Part shown: one piece after another, positions 12,144-23,558 of the stretch
How positions within the stretch are numbered: position 1 is the stretch's first letter
Layout: each line of letters opens with the position of its first letter
From: Barthelona sp. PCE
Taxonomy: Eukaryota
Direction: 5' to 3'
NCBI GenBank assembly: GCA_040285745.1
Contig: JAUFOR010000008.1
Coordinates: 868,001-932,000, forward strand
Length of the DNA: 64,000 bases
Made by a program: the position numbers and the translations under genes
Notes under the pieces: model-generated
Databases searched by the model: none
The model's input: only the letters and a program-made list of their open reading frames with translations
What the model was told of the DNA's origin: nothing

Positions 12144-12542
12144 TTTTTGATATGAAAAAAGAAAGAAAGTGTAAAAGAAGTAGTTTTGTCGCACAATACA
12201 GATATATCAACTTTTACACCACCAAGCTCTTCTGATCTATGTTTATACCAATTCTATCGACTTGAAATTCATAGTACTAAAAACAAAGCCCCACTTTAAC
12301 ATTTTTTTGCTCTTTCAACACACTTTACACGCTGTTGATCTCAGCAATAACTCAGAATGTAGAGTTTCCATTGTTGTTTGAACGTTTTATGTGTTTTTGA
12401 GAATAATAAGCATACTTACCAAAAAGTTTTGATTATTGTGGGTTTCAAATAACCTTACTACGAATTTCGAAGCGATTCACCCAGTTGAACTCAATGTTTT
12501 TACATTTTTCACCTCTTTCAACAGTCATATTTTTTTTTTGAA

Positions 12543-14411
12543 ATGCCAAGGCCAATTACAACAGTAGTGGCCTCTTGTGGAAATGAAATAGCAATTAGCG
12601 ATGATCAGATTCAATATTTAAGTTGCAATTCTCATAAAATTTTTCATTTATCTTTCTGCAACGAAATTGATTCATCAAATCTTTCAGGTGATGAAGCTAG
12701 TGGGTTAATTAAGTGTTTATACTCAAAAAACTTATTTTATTCAGTTTTAGTAACAGAATATGTTGTATCAGTCAAATTTTTTGAGTTGTCCGACAATACA
12801 TTCATTTATAAGCATACTTCAACGATAGATAGGTCTCAATTTCAATCGGCTGATACCTTTATCTGCTTGAATGAGCAATGGTGTGTTGTTAAAACTGAAA
12901 AATGTGATGATCTGACTATAGTAGATCTTTGTTCAAAAGAGATTAAAGAATTTGAAGGAAGAAGACTTCGCTTTAGCAAGGGTATTGTACTTTGTAGTAG
13001 TGAAATGGATTTTGAAGCTGTTTTAATTAACAACTGTAATATATGTTTCAAGAGTTTGCCAAATATCTTACAACATAAGGAACCAACAGTTGTATTATCA
13101 CAACATCCAACCTTGTATTTCGATATAAATGATAATGATGAAGGTGTTCTACTAACATATGGTGATGAAGTAGTTCTTACCAATGAATGCTTACCAGATA
13201 AAGTTTGTCTTCACAATAGTATATACTTCACTGACTATATGATGTATGTGTTTACATGCATGGACACATGTTTACGTTATGATTACCCTCATTTTACTAG
13301 TAGATATGAAGATGCATCTACACAAGGTATTAATAACTTTTTTGTGTATGAAAACGAATTATTTGGATTCTTAAATGGATTTTTTAAGGTAAAATTTGAA
13401 GAAAAAACAAACAATATTATTATTCATAAAGATTCAAAAATCAAAATTCCTCAAATTGATGTCAGTTCTGCTGCATGTTTCAGTTCAGATTCAAATATAT
13501 TTTTGGTAGATGTTTTAACTGAAAAACCTTCTCTTTTATTTTGGTCGAAAGATGATGATTCTAAGAATACTGTTCATGATATTGGGCGTTGTTTTTCAAA
13601 GAATAACATTCATGTGATGCAGTTATATTGGGTCATCGAAACTCCTACATCTTTTCAGCTTTTTTTCGATAATGAAATTGTTTGTGAGAGAAGTAGAAAT
13701 GAATTACAAAGTAGTAATTTCAGAATTTTTGGATCGAGACAGCATATTTATATTTTGGGCAATGATTTTGTCAGTAATGGGATTTTCACTCTTCAATTCT
13801 CGGATATGGATGATTTGTTCAACCAACCATATTTTCTTGAAGTGACTGATTTTATAGTGTGGGTCTCAACAACATGCGGTATTTTTGCTTTAAATGTCAA
13901 TACAGTTGATGGAACACTGGAAACCCATTCTAGTTTTATTGTTGATGTTGATGATATTCCACATGCAAATGGTAACCACTTTAATCCCTCAACTGCAGTC
14001 ATGCAATGTGATGGAGAAATTAGTATATTAAAATACAATATCGTTAATAATTGTCTAAGTACGATGTATGTATGTCCCGTTGGTAGAGCAATTTTTTTGG
14101 ACGAAAATGTATTGCTGGTGAATGATGCGTTATATAGATTCACAGAAGCATCTGTTGAGAAGATACCTATCAATCTACCGCATATTTGTGGCGAACCAGA
14201 CCGTGTGCTCTCATGTAATCAACCACGTCAGCTGCATGTTATGCAACCAGTATTGGACGGTTTTGATATAGTAGTAGATGTGATTACGTTCAATGAGGAT
14301 TTTTTGTCTTATACAATGAGCCAAACACGTTTTAATCTGGTTTTTCTTATGGAAGCTAACAAAATCATAAATTTCAAGAATATTTGCCTGTATGACGCAC
14401 TCATCACATAA
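12543..14411 (+). CDS. Hypothetical 622-aa beta-strand-rich protein (possible divergent beta-propeller)
   Basis: Long AT-rich ORF with no recognised motif. Confidence 0.7.
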   Translation: MPRPITTVVASCGNEIAISDDQIQYLSCNSHKIFHLSFCNEIDSSNLSGDEASGLIKCLYSKNLFYSVLVTEYVVSVKFFELSDNTFIYKHTSTIDRSQFQSADTFICLNEQWCVVKTEKCDDLTIVDLCSKEIKEFEGRRLRFSKGIVLCSSEMDFEAVLINNCNICFKSLPNILQHKEPTVVLSQHPTLYFDINDNDEGVLLTYGDEVVLTNECLPDKVCLHNSIYFTDYMMYVFTCMDTCLRYDYPHFTSRYEDASTQGINNFFVYENELFGFLNGFFKVKFEEKTNNIIIHKDSKIKIPQIDVSSAACFSSDSNIFLVDVLTEKPSLLFWSKDDDSKNTVHDIGRCFSKNNIHVMQLYWVIETPTSFQLFFDNEIVCERSRNELQSSNFRIFGSRQHIYILGNDFVSNGIFTLQFSDMDDLFNQPYFLEVTDFIVWVSTTCGIFALNVNTVDGTLETHSSFIVDVDDIPHANGNHFNPSTAVMQCDGEISILKYNIVNNCLSTMYVCPVGRAIFLDENVLLVNDALYRFTEASVEKIPINLPHICGEPDRVLSCNQPRQLHVMQPVLDGFDIVVDVITFNEDFLSYTMSQTRFNLVFLMEANKIINFKNICLYDALIT

Positions 14412-14441
14412 ATATGTTTACATACACTATTATAAAAGTTG

Positions 14442-15629
14442 TTAAGCTTTGTTGAATAAGTTCTTCACTGACTTTGAATATTGACGCGTACCTTTAACCA
14501 ATCGATCAAAGTTAGCAGTGATTTCATTGATTTGAGTTTGTTTCTTAACAATTTTCTCTCTCAACTCCTCTACCTCTTCCTCCAAAGTTGTAATACGAAC
14601 GTTTGACGGTATGTCTTCTCTACGAATAAACATTGACGAACTCCTGGCCAACTCCAAAGATTTCTCATTCTCAGGCTTAAAATCTGTTAACTTATTGAGT
14701 ACTGTGGAAACAACGTTCTTCTCTTCAGTATCAACTTGCTCTTCCTCATTCTCTTCTCCATTAAAATCAACAACTGGTTTTTTATCACCAATTCTTGCCT
14801 TTAACTCATCTATTTGTTCTGTAAGTATCTTATTTTTCTCATTAATAACCTCAATCTCTGCTCTATGAGTTGATTCAATTCTTTCAATATGATTATTAAC
14901 GCGAGTATCGCACTCTTTTAAGTACTCTTTATGTTCTATCTTGGTCTTTTTCAGTGTCTCTTCCAACTGTTCAACCTTTTTCTCTAACTCTGAACACTCT
15001 TCGCTCTCCTGAATTTGAGCTCCATTATCAATTGTCCTTTCAATAACAATAGCCTCATTTGATGTCTCAAGATCCTTAATCTGCTCCTTCAGGCGTTTCA
15101 GATTGTCTAACTGCTCCTGTTGTAAAACCTTACGCTCCTCTAATACTTCATTCTTATACTTTTTGAAATCTTCCTGAACACCATCATGTTCCTTCTTCCA
15201 GTCCGCAAGCTTAAGCTGTAACATAACAACCTCCTGCTCCTTCTCCTTAACGATCGACTCGTAATCCACTAATGGTTTGAGATCAGGAACTTCTGGATCT
15301 TGCTGTGCTTGTAGCACAGGGGATGTGGCAATAACAACGGATGCACTAATAATGTCAATAAATTGCATGAGTGTTTTGTGATCAAACACAATTTGTCTAT
15401 TCTTAAGCTCCTGCTCACTATCAACATGTAAAAATGTCAAAATTGTGTTCATAACATATTGCGGTATGGAGCTTGGTATGTTGGATGATGATGTAAATGC
15501 AACAATGGGTGAGAGAGAGGTTTTTGTCTGATCCTCTGACCTCTCAATTTCGATTTCAGGCTGCTTCTTGTCTAAAAGATCCTTTAACTGCTCTTGCATG
15601 GCTGATAGCTTATCTATATCCTCAGTCAT
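14442..15629 (-). CDS. Coiled-coil protein of unknown function
   Basis: 395-aa ORF rich in E/K/Q heptads. Confidence 0.75.
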   Translation of the reverse strand: MTEDIDKLSAMQEQLKDLLDKKQPEIEIERSEDQTKTSLSPIVAFTSSSNIPSSIPQYVMNTILTFLHVDSEQELKNRQIVFDHKTLMQFIDIISASVVIATSPVLQAQQDPEVPDLKPLVDYESIVKEKEQEVVMLQLKLADWKKEHDGVQEDFKKYKNEVLEERKVLQQEQLDNLKRLKEQIKDLETSNEAIVIERTIDNGAQIQESEECSELEKKVEQLEETLKKTKIEHKEYLKECDTRVNNHIERIESTHRAEIEVINEKNKILTEQIDELKARIGDKKPVVDFNGEENEEEQVDTEEKNVVSTVLNKLTDFKPENEKSLELARSSSMFIRREDIPSNVRITTLEEEVEELREKIVKKQTQINEITANFDRLVKGTRQYSKSVKNLFNKA

Positions 15630-15709
15630 GTATTTTCACTGCCCAGAATGCACAAAAAATAAGAGATAGGGGGAGCAATTGTTTTATCAAATTCATCCCT
15701 ATATCAAAG

Positions 15710-16189
15710 ATGGTAAGACACCACCAGAAGCCTAGAAAAGGTTCCAAATACCATAAAAAGCATGTTGTTGAGAAAATTAAGCTCAGTAAGAAACGTAGTT
15801 TTTACAAAAAGTCCAAAATTATGAAGGGGTATAAGAAACTACTGGCAGAAACGGGCAGAAAGCTCGAGGGAACTGTGGAGACATATGAAGAAAGTGCAAA
15901 ATCAAGTAATGTTCCAGTTTTTAGAAAAAAGAAACAAGATGCACGTCGTATCAGAAAGGAGCAGAATCAAAAAAGTATTCTTGCCCGTGCATATGAAGAA
16001 TCTCAAGTAGAAAAAGAGCGTATTGCACAGGAAAAACAAGAAGCAAAAGAAAAGCGTGAACGATCAAGAAAGCGTCACTTAAAACGTAGTCACAGAAACC
16101 AGCCAAACCTCAAAAACATCACTAGAGACATTTTAGAAAAAGTTGAAGGTAATGAACGATATCAACATAAAGGTATTGTTCAACGATGA
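15710..16189 (+). CDS. rRNA-processing protein, FYV7/TAP26(CCDC59)-like
   Basis: Basic protein with KIMKGYKKLL and C-terminal NQPNLKNITRDILEKV. Start placed at ATG 15710. Confidence 0.65.
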   Translation: MVRHHQKPRKGSKYHKKHVVEKIKLSKKRSFYKKSKIMKGYKKLLAETGRKLEGTVETYEESAKSSNVPVFRKKKQDARRIRKEQNQKSILARAYEESQVEKERIAQEKQEAKEKRERSRKRHLKRSHRNQPNLKNITRDILEKVEGNERYQHKGIVQR

Positions 16190-17251
16190 TCAGATACTAT
16201 ATTCACAATGGACTCTAAACGATTTGATACGTTTTGAACGCTCCTTAGCCAGGTCCGGACTTGCTAACAATTGGACCATTGTGTTACTACGTAATGCTAT
16301 ACGATTTCTAGTTGTACTTAGCATTAAATCACTGATTGACTTTCGTACGTGATTTGAAATAAAATGCGCTGGTCTATGATGATTAGGATTTGCTTTTGTA
16401 ACGCTTTTAATACCTCTTCTTATTTTATATGGTATGGTAGTAACTCGATGTGGTGGAGTTGGAGGTATATTCATATTTTCAACAGATGGAAACACATAAT
16501 CTTTGGTAGAAGAGTTCGGATACATACAAAAAATATCAAAGATATCCTCCAACGCCCCATAATCATCCAAACCAATTTCTTGAACACCACGATAACTTAA
16601 ATTGTAATCTTCAATGGCTTGAACAATTGATTTCTTCTCTGGGAGAGAGTAGCACTCTTTTAAAACGTCAAGAGTGATAAGAACTTCGTTAGGAATTGCG
16701 TATTGACATAAATGTCGACTCGCGCTGATTGCGCTTCCATCATACTCACAATACCACTCTGCCAAACAAACATTACATTGAATATCTGCTGTATGAACTC
16801 CCCAAGATATATTAACCAAGCGAATGTCCTGTTCCAAACGAACTGAATTGGGTAATTTAGTAGCTCCTAAAGTTAAACCTTCAATTTTTGTCAATTCACA
16901 ATCTGCTTCCTGTACAAATATGAGCGCCTCGTGTGCATGTTCGAATACAAAGCATAGCTGAGACTTTGCAAGCATCTTTGCCCGTACTCCATGATAATTC
17001 CGTGCACATTTGCATAAACAGTCTTGTATTAGTTCTAAGTTTCCTTCGTTAACCGAAATATGCGATGGAAGAAGCCCGCAAACCACAGTACCCCTTCCGT
17101 CAACAAGAATTTCTGGTTCAAGATCATATCTCGATTCATCCCCCTTAACCCTTTTTAAAAACCGTAACAAGAGCCATGTGCACAACGGAACAAGCAAAGA
17201 AATGCCAAAAAACAAAACTCTGCTCATGAGTCGAAAAATGTAAAGCAGCAT
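16190..17251 (-). CDS. Membrane-anchored class III nucleotidyl-cyclase-like protein, probably catalytically degenerate
   Basis: N-terminal TM, then CFVFEHAHEALIF..., ISWGVHTAD and YDGSAISASRHLCQYAIPNEVLIT, which follow the cyclase fold pattern. Confidence 0.6.
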   Translation of the reverse strand: MLLYIFRLMSRVLFFGISLLVPLCTWLLLRFLKRVKGDESRYDLEPEILVDGRGTVVCGLLPSHISVNEGNLELIQDCLCKCARNYHGVRAKMLAKSQLCFVFEHAHEALIFVQEADCELTKIEGLTLGATKLPNSVRLEQDIRLVNISWGVHTADIQCNVCLAEWYCEYDGSAISASRHLCQYAIPNEVLITLDVLKECYSLPEKKSIVQAIEDYNLSYRGVQEIGLDDYGALEDIFDIFCMYPNSSTKDYVFPSVENMNIPPTPPHRVTTIPYKIRRGIKSVTKANPNHHRPAHFISNHVRKSISDLMLSTTRNRIALRSNTMVQLLASPDLAKERSKRIKSFRVHCEYSI

Positions 17252-17278
17252 TAATTGATTTATTCATTAGCTAAACAC

Positions 17279-18499
17279 TTAAAAGTCCTTAACTCGCCCG
17301 CTTTTGGTCAGAATCTCACTTTCTACTCCAACTTCTGAAATATTCCATCTAAATTCAGCAATATTATTGAGACACTTAACTGTATGCTCAGGATAACTGT
17401 TATCTGACTTCAGGCTGTCATAAAATGTGTATACGATGAGACATAATGCCGATCTAACGTAGCATTTGAACTCAATAGTGGTTGCTGCATTAAACAATTC
17501 AGCAAGATAAATGACAATGGTCTGAAACTCAAGACCAACTATTCCGTTGTTATCCTCCTCGCGGGAGTGGTGCAAAAGAGTACTAAGCAGCTTTGCTGCT
17601 AAAATGATATCACAATTATGTTCATGAGAGATGGTCCAAAAACTCAAACTTTTCTTTTCCTTTTTCTCCTCAACAAAATCATCAAAAAGCTTAAACACGC
17701 GCATGACGAACGCGGAAAAAACCTCCTTTTGACTATAAAACATATCTCTTGCAATCTCATCCTTGGAAATGTTGATGTAAATGTATTGCATGACATATGA
17801 ACGAAGCCTCATACTTTCACTTTCGACGCCACCAACAAGGGCCTGCTCAAGGGAGCAGTTATGCACAAATGCCTCAAAAGAAAAAGAATTGCGCATGATA
17901 ATCGGATGAACACGGAACAACAGGAGCATGGGAAACGTAAGGAAAAAAACATCATAGATATGCTTGAATGTGAGTGTGGTGATACCGACCAAACTAGTTA
18001 CATAGATGATGACTAATATTACTAATGATTTAATGCCTGTTGTGAATGTATGATACAATAAACAACGATGAATAGATGTAGGGGTCAATAAAAGATCGAC
18101 GTTTGAGTCGAATGTTAGAAGATACATGCTTAAACATAAAGCAATAAAAAACTTAATCTTGATACTATGCTGCGTATATACCGAGAGAACCATAAATATG
18201 ATAGATATGATACCTATGTGGTGCAAGATGGACATGGGGGTGAATCTGCGTGTTGAAATACGAGTTTCAACTGTGTAAACAGTCATTGCTACAAAAAGTA
18301 ATCCCAAAATTACCTGACCCACTGTGAACCTAACAATCGCTGTCTCTGCTCGTCTAAATACTGCAAAAGTGAACCATTTAAGTGTTAAAAACAAAACAAA
18401 CACAAAAAGACATGATGTGATGTTAATTGTAATATTTCGAAGAATTATTCGCTTAAAAAACGCGCTCTCGACCTTTTCCCGTGTGTGTTTGTGATCCAT
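17279..18499 (-). CDS. NDC1: Transmembrane nucleoporin Ndc1
   Basis: About 6 N-terminal TMs; C-terminal LSTLLHHSREEDNNGIV and RSALCLIVYTF match Ndc1 motifs. Confidence 0.75.
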   Translation of the reverse strand: MDHKHTREKVESAFFKRIILRNITINITSCLFVFVLFLTLKWFTFAVFRRAETAIVRFTVGQVILGLLFVAMTVYTVETRISTRRFTPMSILHHIGIISIIFMVLSVYTQHSIKIKFFIALCLSMYLLTFDSNVDLLLTPTSIHRCLLYHTFTTGIKSLVILVIIYVTSLVGITTLTFKHIYDVFFLTFPMLLLFRVHPIIMRNSFSFEAFVHNCSLEQALVGGVESESMRLRSYVMQYIYINISKDEIARDMFYSQKEVFSAFVMRVFKLFDDFVEEKKEKKSLSFWTISHEHNCDIILAAKLLSTLLHHSREEDNNGIVGLEFQTIVIYLAELFNAATTIEFKCYVRSALCLIVYTFYDSLKSDNSYPEHTVKCLNNIAEFRWNISEVGVESEILTKSGRVKDF

Positions 18500-18628
18500 G
18501 CGTCCCCAAATACAATGAAAAGGGTGTGAATTTGCTTTTTGCTTTCCACTTCATTTCAATTTGGGAATGTTTTTTAAGTTTGAGTTTGGGGACTATTTTC
18601 TTGTACTTTTCTTACAGTCAAAAAATTT

Positions 18629-19138
18629 GTGTTAACTTACAAATTTATTATTAATGCTCATGGAAAGTTTATCCTGCTGTGCGTACCGTCTGATTCTTTA
18701 TCCGTTACCTATGTGTATAACGCAAATGGTAATCTAATGTACACTGAAAGAGAAAGAGAAAGAATTAAAAATTTGTACGTGAACAATGAAGTTCTTGTGG
18801 TTGAATTCACAGGTTGTGACATTGTTCATGTAGTAATCACCGATGATGGATTTAGAGAAAGAAAGCAAATCAGTATAGATTTAGATTACCATACCATACG
18901 CCCTTTTCGAAATTGGGTCGCTTTTGATTATGGACCACATGTTTACGAAATTGAATCAGGAAGAACGTATAGAACTACTCAATATGGTAGTATAAGTATT
19001 ATGAATAACTATTTCAATGAAAGAGATATGGAACGAAGTATAGTAAGAGGTGGTGGTCATAATATAACAGCTTGCCTTATTAGCTTTTTTGTTTTATTCC
19101 TTTTGCTCTTTCTTTTTTCTTTTGATATGTTTTCGTAA
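18629..19138 (+). CDS. Hypothetical protein with C-terminal hydrophobic tail; start uncertain, possibly a pseudogene
   Basis: Open frame starts at GTG. The nearest upstream ATG (18567) is out of frame. Confidence 0.4.
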   Translation: MLTYKFIINAHGKFILLCVPSDSLSVTYVYNANGNLMYTERERERIKNLYVNNEVLVVEFTGCDIVHVVITDDGFRERKQISIDLDYHTIRPFRNWVAFDYGPHVYEIESGRTYRTTQYGSISIMNNYFNERDMERSIVRGGGHNITACLISFFVLFLLLFLFSFDMFS

Positions 19139-19704
19139 ATATAAATTATTGACGTTCCCCTTCTCTCGTGTACATTGGCTCAACACCATTTTTTTGAAAA
19201 GGTGAGATAATATAACCATTATCCAGTCATTAATTACGCTCGCTAATGCTCATATCATATGTGAAGGTTATTCTGAACTAAAATAAATAATTTGTAAATG
19301 AGAATTCTTAAAAAGTGGTGTTTTTATGCTATCTGTTAATTCTGAGTCATTCAGAAGGTTTCTATGTGATTGGTGAGCTTTAAAATGATGTCAGCTGCTT
19401 CCACTATTATTTACCCACCCCAACCTCAAAATTTTATGAGGAAAAGTGTTGTTTTTACTCATCCTTGTTAACTTTGGATTTTGTGGTAGGTAGTTTTTGT
19501 ATTGATTTTTGCAAAATAAATGCTGTATTGTGGGCTGTCATAAGTGTTGTGATGGTGAAACAGAGGCAATATCCACCAAAAGGATCACTGCATCGATATT
19601 TAGAATATTTGCGTTCCGGTGCTTTTTACAGAAGTCAACACCGTGGGCAGGCGAGTGTTGTGTCATACAGGGATTTGCATGTGCGTTGATATGTGGGACT
19701 ATGC

Positions 19705-19859
19705 TGTGCGGGGCTGAAGAAACATGTCTCGGCGGTGCAGACCGTCACGAGGGATTCCGCGCCTGGGTGCGGGCAACAGAAGTACACGCCCGCGTGGCGC
19801 GGCGAGGACGGGCGCCTCGGCGCTGTGGGTCTGCCGGCACCGATCTTCTGTCTTTGCAG
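19705..19859 (+). ncRNA. Candidate structured non-coding RNA of unknown class
   Basis: GC-rich island with nested stems, including G-U pairs that work only on the + strand (see findings). Confidence 0.4.
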
Positions 19860-20494
19860 GTGATTGTAATGTTTAAGACACATAAGAATTATCTTTATAC
19901 TGCAGTAGTTAACCCCTGTCAGTGATATTAGTTGGATATAGAGAAAAGAGAGATGCATTTATTGATAGGTACAAAGTAGGATTTGAATAAGTCCTCCATG
20001 AAGTCATTGTTCTGGATGTTAAGCTCATTTTCTGCGGATTTGACTCCACAGTTAGTGATGCGACGCTTTCATATTCTCAGGTGGTGGAGTATTTGAGAAT
20101 TGGCTTTGGTTTTGCTGCTATTGGAGTGCTGCACTTGAATTCCATGTTTGTGGGATCTATTGAGGTGAAAAAAATAAATTACAATAGCTTTATCAACAGT
20201 AGTGATTGATTTAGTTTTTGCAGGTCAAAATGCTTGCTCAAATTTGACTGTCAAATGTTGATTCTGTGCAATAAAAGGTATCGGTGATGTGATCAGTACC
20301 ATAATTTTTCGCGTGACAGCTTTTATTGTGGAGAAAAAATATGAATTTGACAACAATTTTTCTTTAACATCAAACAAAATTTGAAGGTTGTTCAAGGTGT
20401 TACATATCTTTATCATACCCATTTATGTGTTGGATAAAGCACAAGGCATGTATATAGTCGTTTAAAGTAGTTTTACCTCTTTCACTTTCTCTTT

Positions 20495-21749
20495 ATGCCT
20501 ATCATTAAGGAACCAAAACGCGAGGGTCCCGGGCCAGGAGCATATGAAATCCCAAGCACTTTTTCTAACAAGGGTATGAATTTTTTCGTTGTTTAAACGT
20601 TTAGATATCTGTTAACACCTAGGTTTTACACTTGGTTCCAGAACTGCCAAGCGTGAGTTAGTTATTGATTCACCTGGACCTGCTGCATACTCTGTTAAGT
20701 CAAGCATCAGATCTGACATTGGATCTACTCTTGTGGGGCGTTATCGTAAGCCTAAGACCGAAGCCGACAAGGTACCTGGTCCCGGTGCATACTCAGTGAG
20801 TCGAGATTTCTATAAAGCAAAGCCAGCATATTCTTTAGGTAGCCGTAAAGCATCTGAGATGAAGCCTGATGAAACTCCCGGTCCTGGACAATACGTGGTC
20901 CCTTCTACAATTAAGAAGAACGGCGGTTTCTCTCTGGTTGGTCGTCACAAGGCTAAAAAATCAACTACCGAAAATGTTGGCCCAGGTCAATATAATTTGG
21001 ATCGTTCATTGGGTAAAAACAAACCCGCTTTTTCGATCAAATCACGTCATGAGGTTAAGAAGCCTATCGTTTCCGAACCTGGACCAGGTCAGTATACTTT
21101 ACCTTCATCTATCAAGACTAATGGTGGATTTTCTATTGTTGGTCGTTATAAGAGACCCCAGACTGAGCGTGCTGCTAATGTCGGTCCTGGTCAATACAGT
21201 ATCGATCGTTCATTGGGTAAAAACAAACCCGCATTCTCAATTAAAAGTCGGAAACCTCGTCCCAAGTCTTCCATGGCCGTTCCCGGTCCTGGCCAATATA
21301 AACTTGGTTCTACCCTCAAAAAGGGAGGATACAGCATCACCAGTCGTAGAAGTGAGTTGAAGAGTGATACTAACAGTGTAGGTCCTGGCCAGTACGAAAT
21401 TGATAGGTCGCTTGGAAAGAACAAACCTGCATACTCTTTGGGAAGCCGAAAGGCTATCGAACAGAAGGTGCCCGATACACCTGGTCCAGGTAACTATGCT
21501 ATTCCCAGTTCCATTGAGACTAAAAAGGGTTTCTCTTTGGTTGGTCGTTATAAGAGACCAAAGACTGAGTCAGCTAAAGCACCCGGACCAGGCGCTTATG
21601 ATATGAAGAGTACTATTCGTCAGGATCGTGGTTTTTCGATTAAGTCACGTAAGCCAATTATTCAGGAGGCTGATAACACACCTGGACCAGGCGCATATGA
21701 TCCCAAGAACTTGCAGACAGCACCTGCTTATAGTCTCGGAATGCGTTAA
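20495..21749 (+). CDS. SHIPPO/STPG (ODF3-like) PGPGxY-repeat flagellar protein, two exons (20495-20573 and 20623-21749)
   Basis: About 12 (P/V)GPGxY-type repeats; exon 1 MPIIKEPKREGPGPGAYEIPSTFSNK joins in frame. Confidence 0.9.
20574..20622 (+). other. Spliceosomal intron, 49 nt, phase 1
   Basis: GTATGA...TTAACACCTAG; removal joins the repeat frames. Confidence 0.85.
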
Positions 21750-22160
21750 TCGCCATGTATTCTCGTTGTACCATTATTAGAATAAAATGTCGTAATTTTA
21801 TTTTCCGAGCTCAAATGGATTTTTATGACAATAAACAAGTATTTTAACCCACATGTTTGCTGGAGATTTTATTTCAAAAGAAGGTTAAGTTGTTTAAGGA
21901 ATTGTTACTCATATTGAATGTTTTAAACATAATATATACGGTTAACTGTGGTTTAACTTGTATGCACAGGGGTAAAAGTGTATAATAAGGTCAAAATGTA
22001 ATGTAGAATCTCAAATTTATGTTTATTCACTTTATGAACATATTACGCTTTATTCTTCACACAGTAATGCTTCATACAGTCACCTTAGTAAACTCTTCAT
22101 CTCCAAAAGATGCTCTATCCTTCCTTTTTCTTATTATCCTTATATAAGCATTACATAAGC

Positions 22161-22325
22161 ATGCATAAGCTCAACTACTCTCACATCAAGAAGTACGGCA
22201 AGGGTTCTAGGTCCTGCAAGCGCTGTGGTAACCGCAGAGGTCTTATTCGCAAGTACGGTATCAACTTATGCCGTCAGTGCTTCGTTGAGCAACACACCTT
22301 CATCGGTTTCAAGAAGCTCCGCTAA
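22161..22325 (+). CDS. RPS29: 40S ribosomal protein S29/uS14
   Basis: [30 protein letters not shown]. Confidence 0.97.
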   Translation: MHKLNYSHIKKYGKGSRSCKRCGNRRGLIRKYGINLCRQCFVEQHTFIGFKKLR

Positions 22326-22890
22326 TCGGTACGTCGAGCAATGCTTACTACCTTTCTTCGATGGAAAAAGGTAGCATTTGCACTTTTTGGATCAGTAAAA
22401 TTATCCTAAACATGCTTATCAAGTAGATAACTCTTTGTTTATTTGATAGGGTTATATTTTTTTCACATAAAGAGTGAACTTAAAGGAGAAAAATTTTCGT
22501 TCTCTACGAAAAAACATACCATATATTTTGTGGAGTGTAGCTGTGCTCTATTAGACGGATTGATCATCTTACAATTGTTTTTGACCATGAATTATTGTAG
22601 TTAGACTTTATTCTATTGTGGATTGTTTTTTTGTAATACTCAGTCCATTTATCTTCATTCATAAGATTCTTGCGGAACGTTGTGTCGTGTAATCTGTTGA
22701 TTTTATACCTTTTGTTAAAGAGTAAATACCTGCCGAGTTTTTGGAGAGAAAATTTGGAGGATCATTTAAAGTTAATTTTGTTTGATGAAAAAAATCGTAG
22801 ATATGGACATTTAGACACTGAAGTTGAGCAAAAAAATTGTTTTCCATTTTTCAACCCCCATTTCAACTTGTACAATTTATCATTTCTTAT

Positions 22891-23466
22891 ATGGAAAGAA
22901 AGCTGGAAGATCTATTCAATTTACTGGATTTTGACAGTAATGGTCGTTTAAGGAGAGATGATCTACTTTATTTCACATCAAGACTGAATTTACCGCTTAG
23001 CAAAGAGGAAATTGATCTTGCGATTGCAGAAATCGAGCTCACAGGGAATGGAATCGATCGTGTAGCCTTTTTTAATTTTATTGCCTCAAAAGTTTTTGCG
23101 GGTTCACACATAGACTTAGCAGTATCAACATTTGGCCTCATTGATCCAGAACACAAGGGTAAGTTGGACATGGCAGATATTCTTGAACTAGTTCATCTTT
23201 GTGGCTTTAAACACATAACTCTTGATAATATCCATGAGCTTTTCATATTCAGAAGCAACTCCTCAGCAAAGGAGTCGTTAAATCCAGCAGAATGGGCATT
23301 ATTAACGAGTGATAGTGTTACAATTCATTCTAATGCACCGAGTGCGGCAGAAACAGAAAATGATTTCTTAAATGACATGTCTCCGCAAGGTTATCCACAT
23401 ATTAATTATACCACAGATATAATATCTGAACGTGATGTGGATGATGACGTTTTATCTGATTTGTAA
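22891..23466 (+). CDS. EF-hand (calmodulin/centrin-like) protein
   Basis: FNLLDFDSNGRL and FGLIDPEHKGKL loops; ATG at 22891. Confidence 0.75.
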   Translation: MERKLEDLFNLLDFDSNGRLRRDDLLYFTSRLNLPLSKEEIDLAIAEIELTGNGIDRVAFFNFIASKVFAGSHIDLAVSTFGLIDPEHKGKLDMADILELVHLCGFKHITLDNIHELFIFRSNSSAKESLNPAEWALLTSDSVTIHSNAPSAAETENDFLNDMSPQGYPHINYTTDIISERDVDDDVLSDL

Positions 23467-23558
23467 ATAGTCGCTAGCTTCTCAAAACTCCTTATTTCAC
23501 AAGGTGAGGTTGTAAAAGTAGCAAAAAAGTGCTCTATTGAATACTACCCTTTTCAACC

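Noticed and set aside
12412-12500. ATACTTACC as the 5' end of U1 snRNA
   Set aside because: No U1 stem-loops, U1-70K loop or Sm-site architecture follow
19465-19958. Overlapping ORFs across the GC-rich element
   Set aside because: Two have non-ATG starts and none has recognisable motifs. They are better explained by local GC content.
21000-21235. Identical ~29-nt direct repeats that could suggest a CRISPR array
   Set aside because: They are coding repeats inside the SHIPPO/PGPGxY protein
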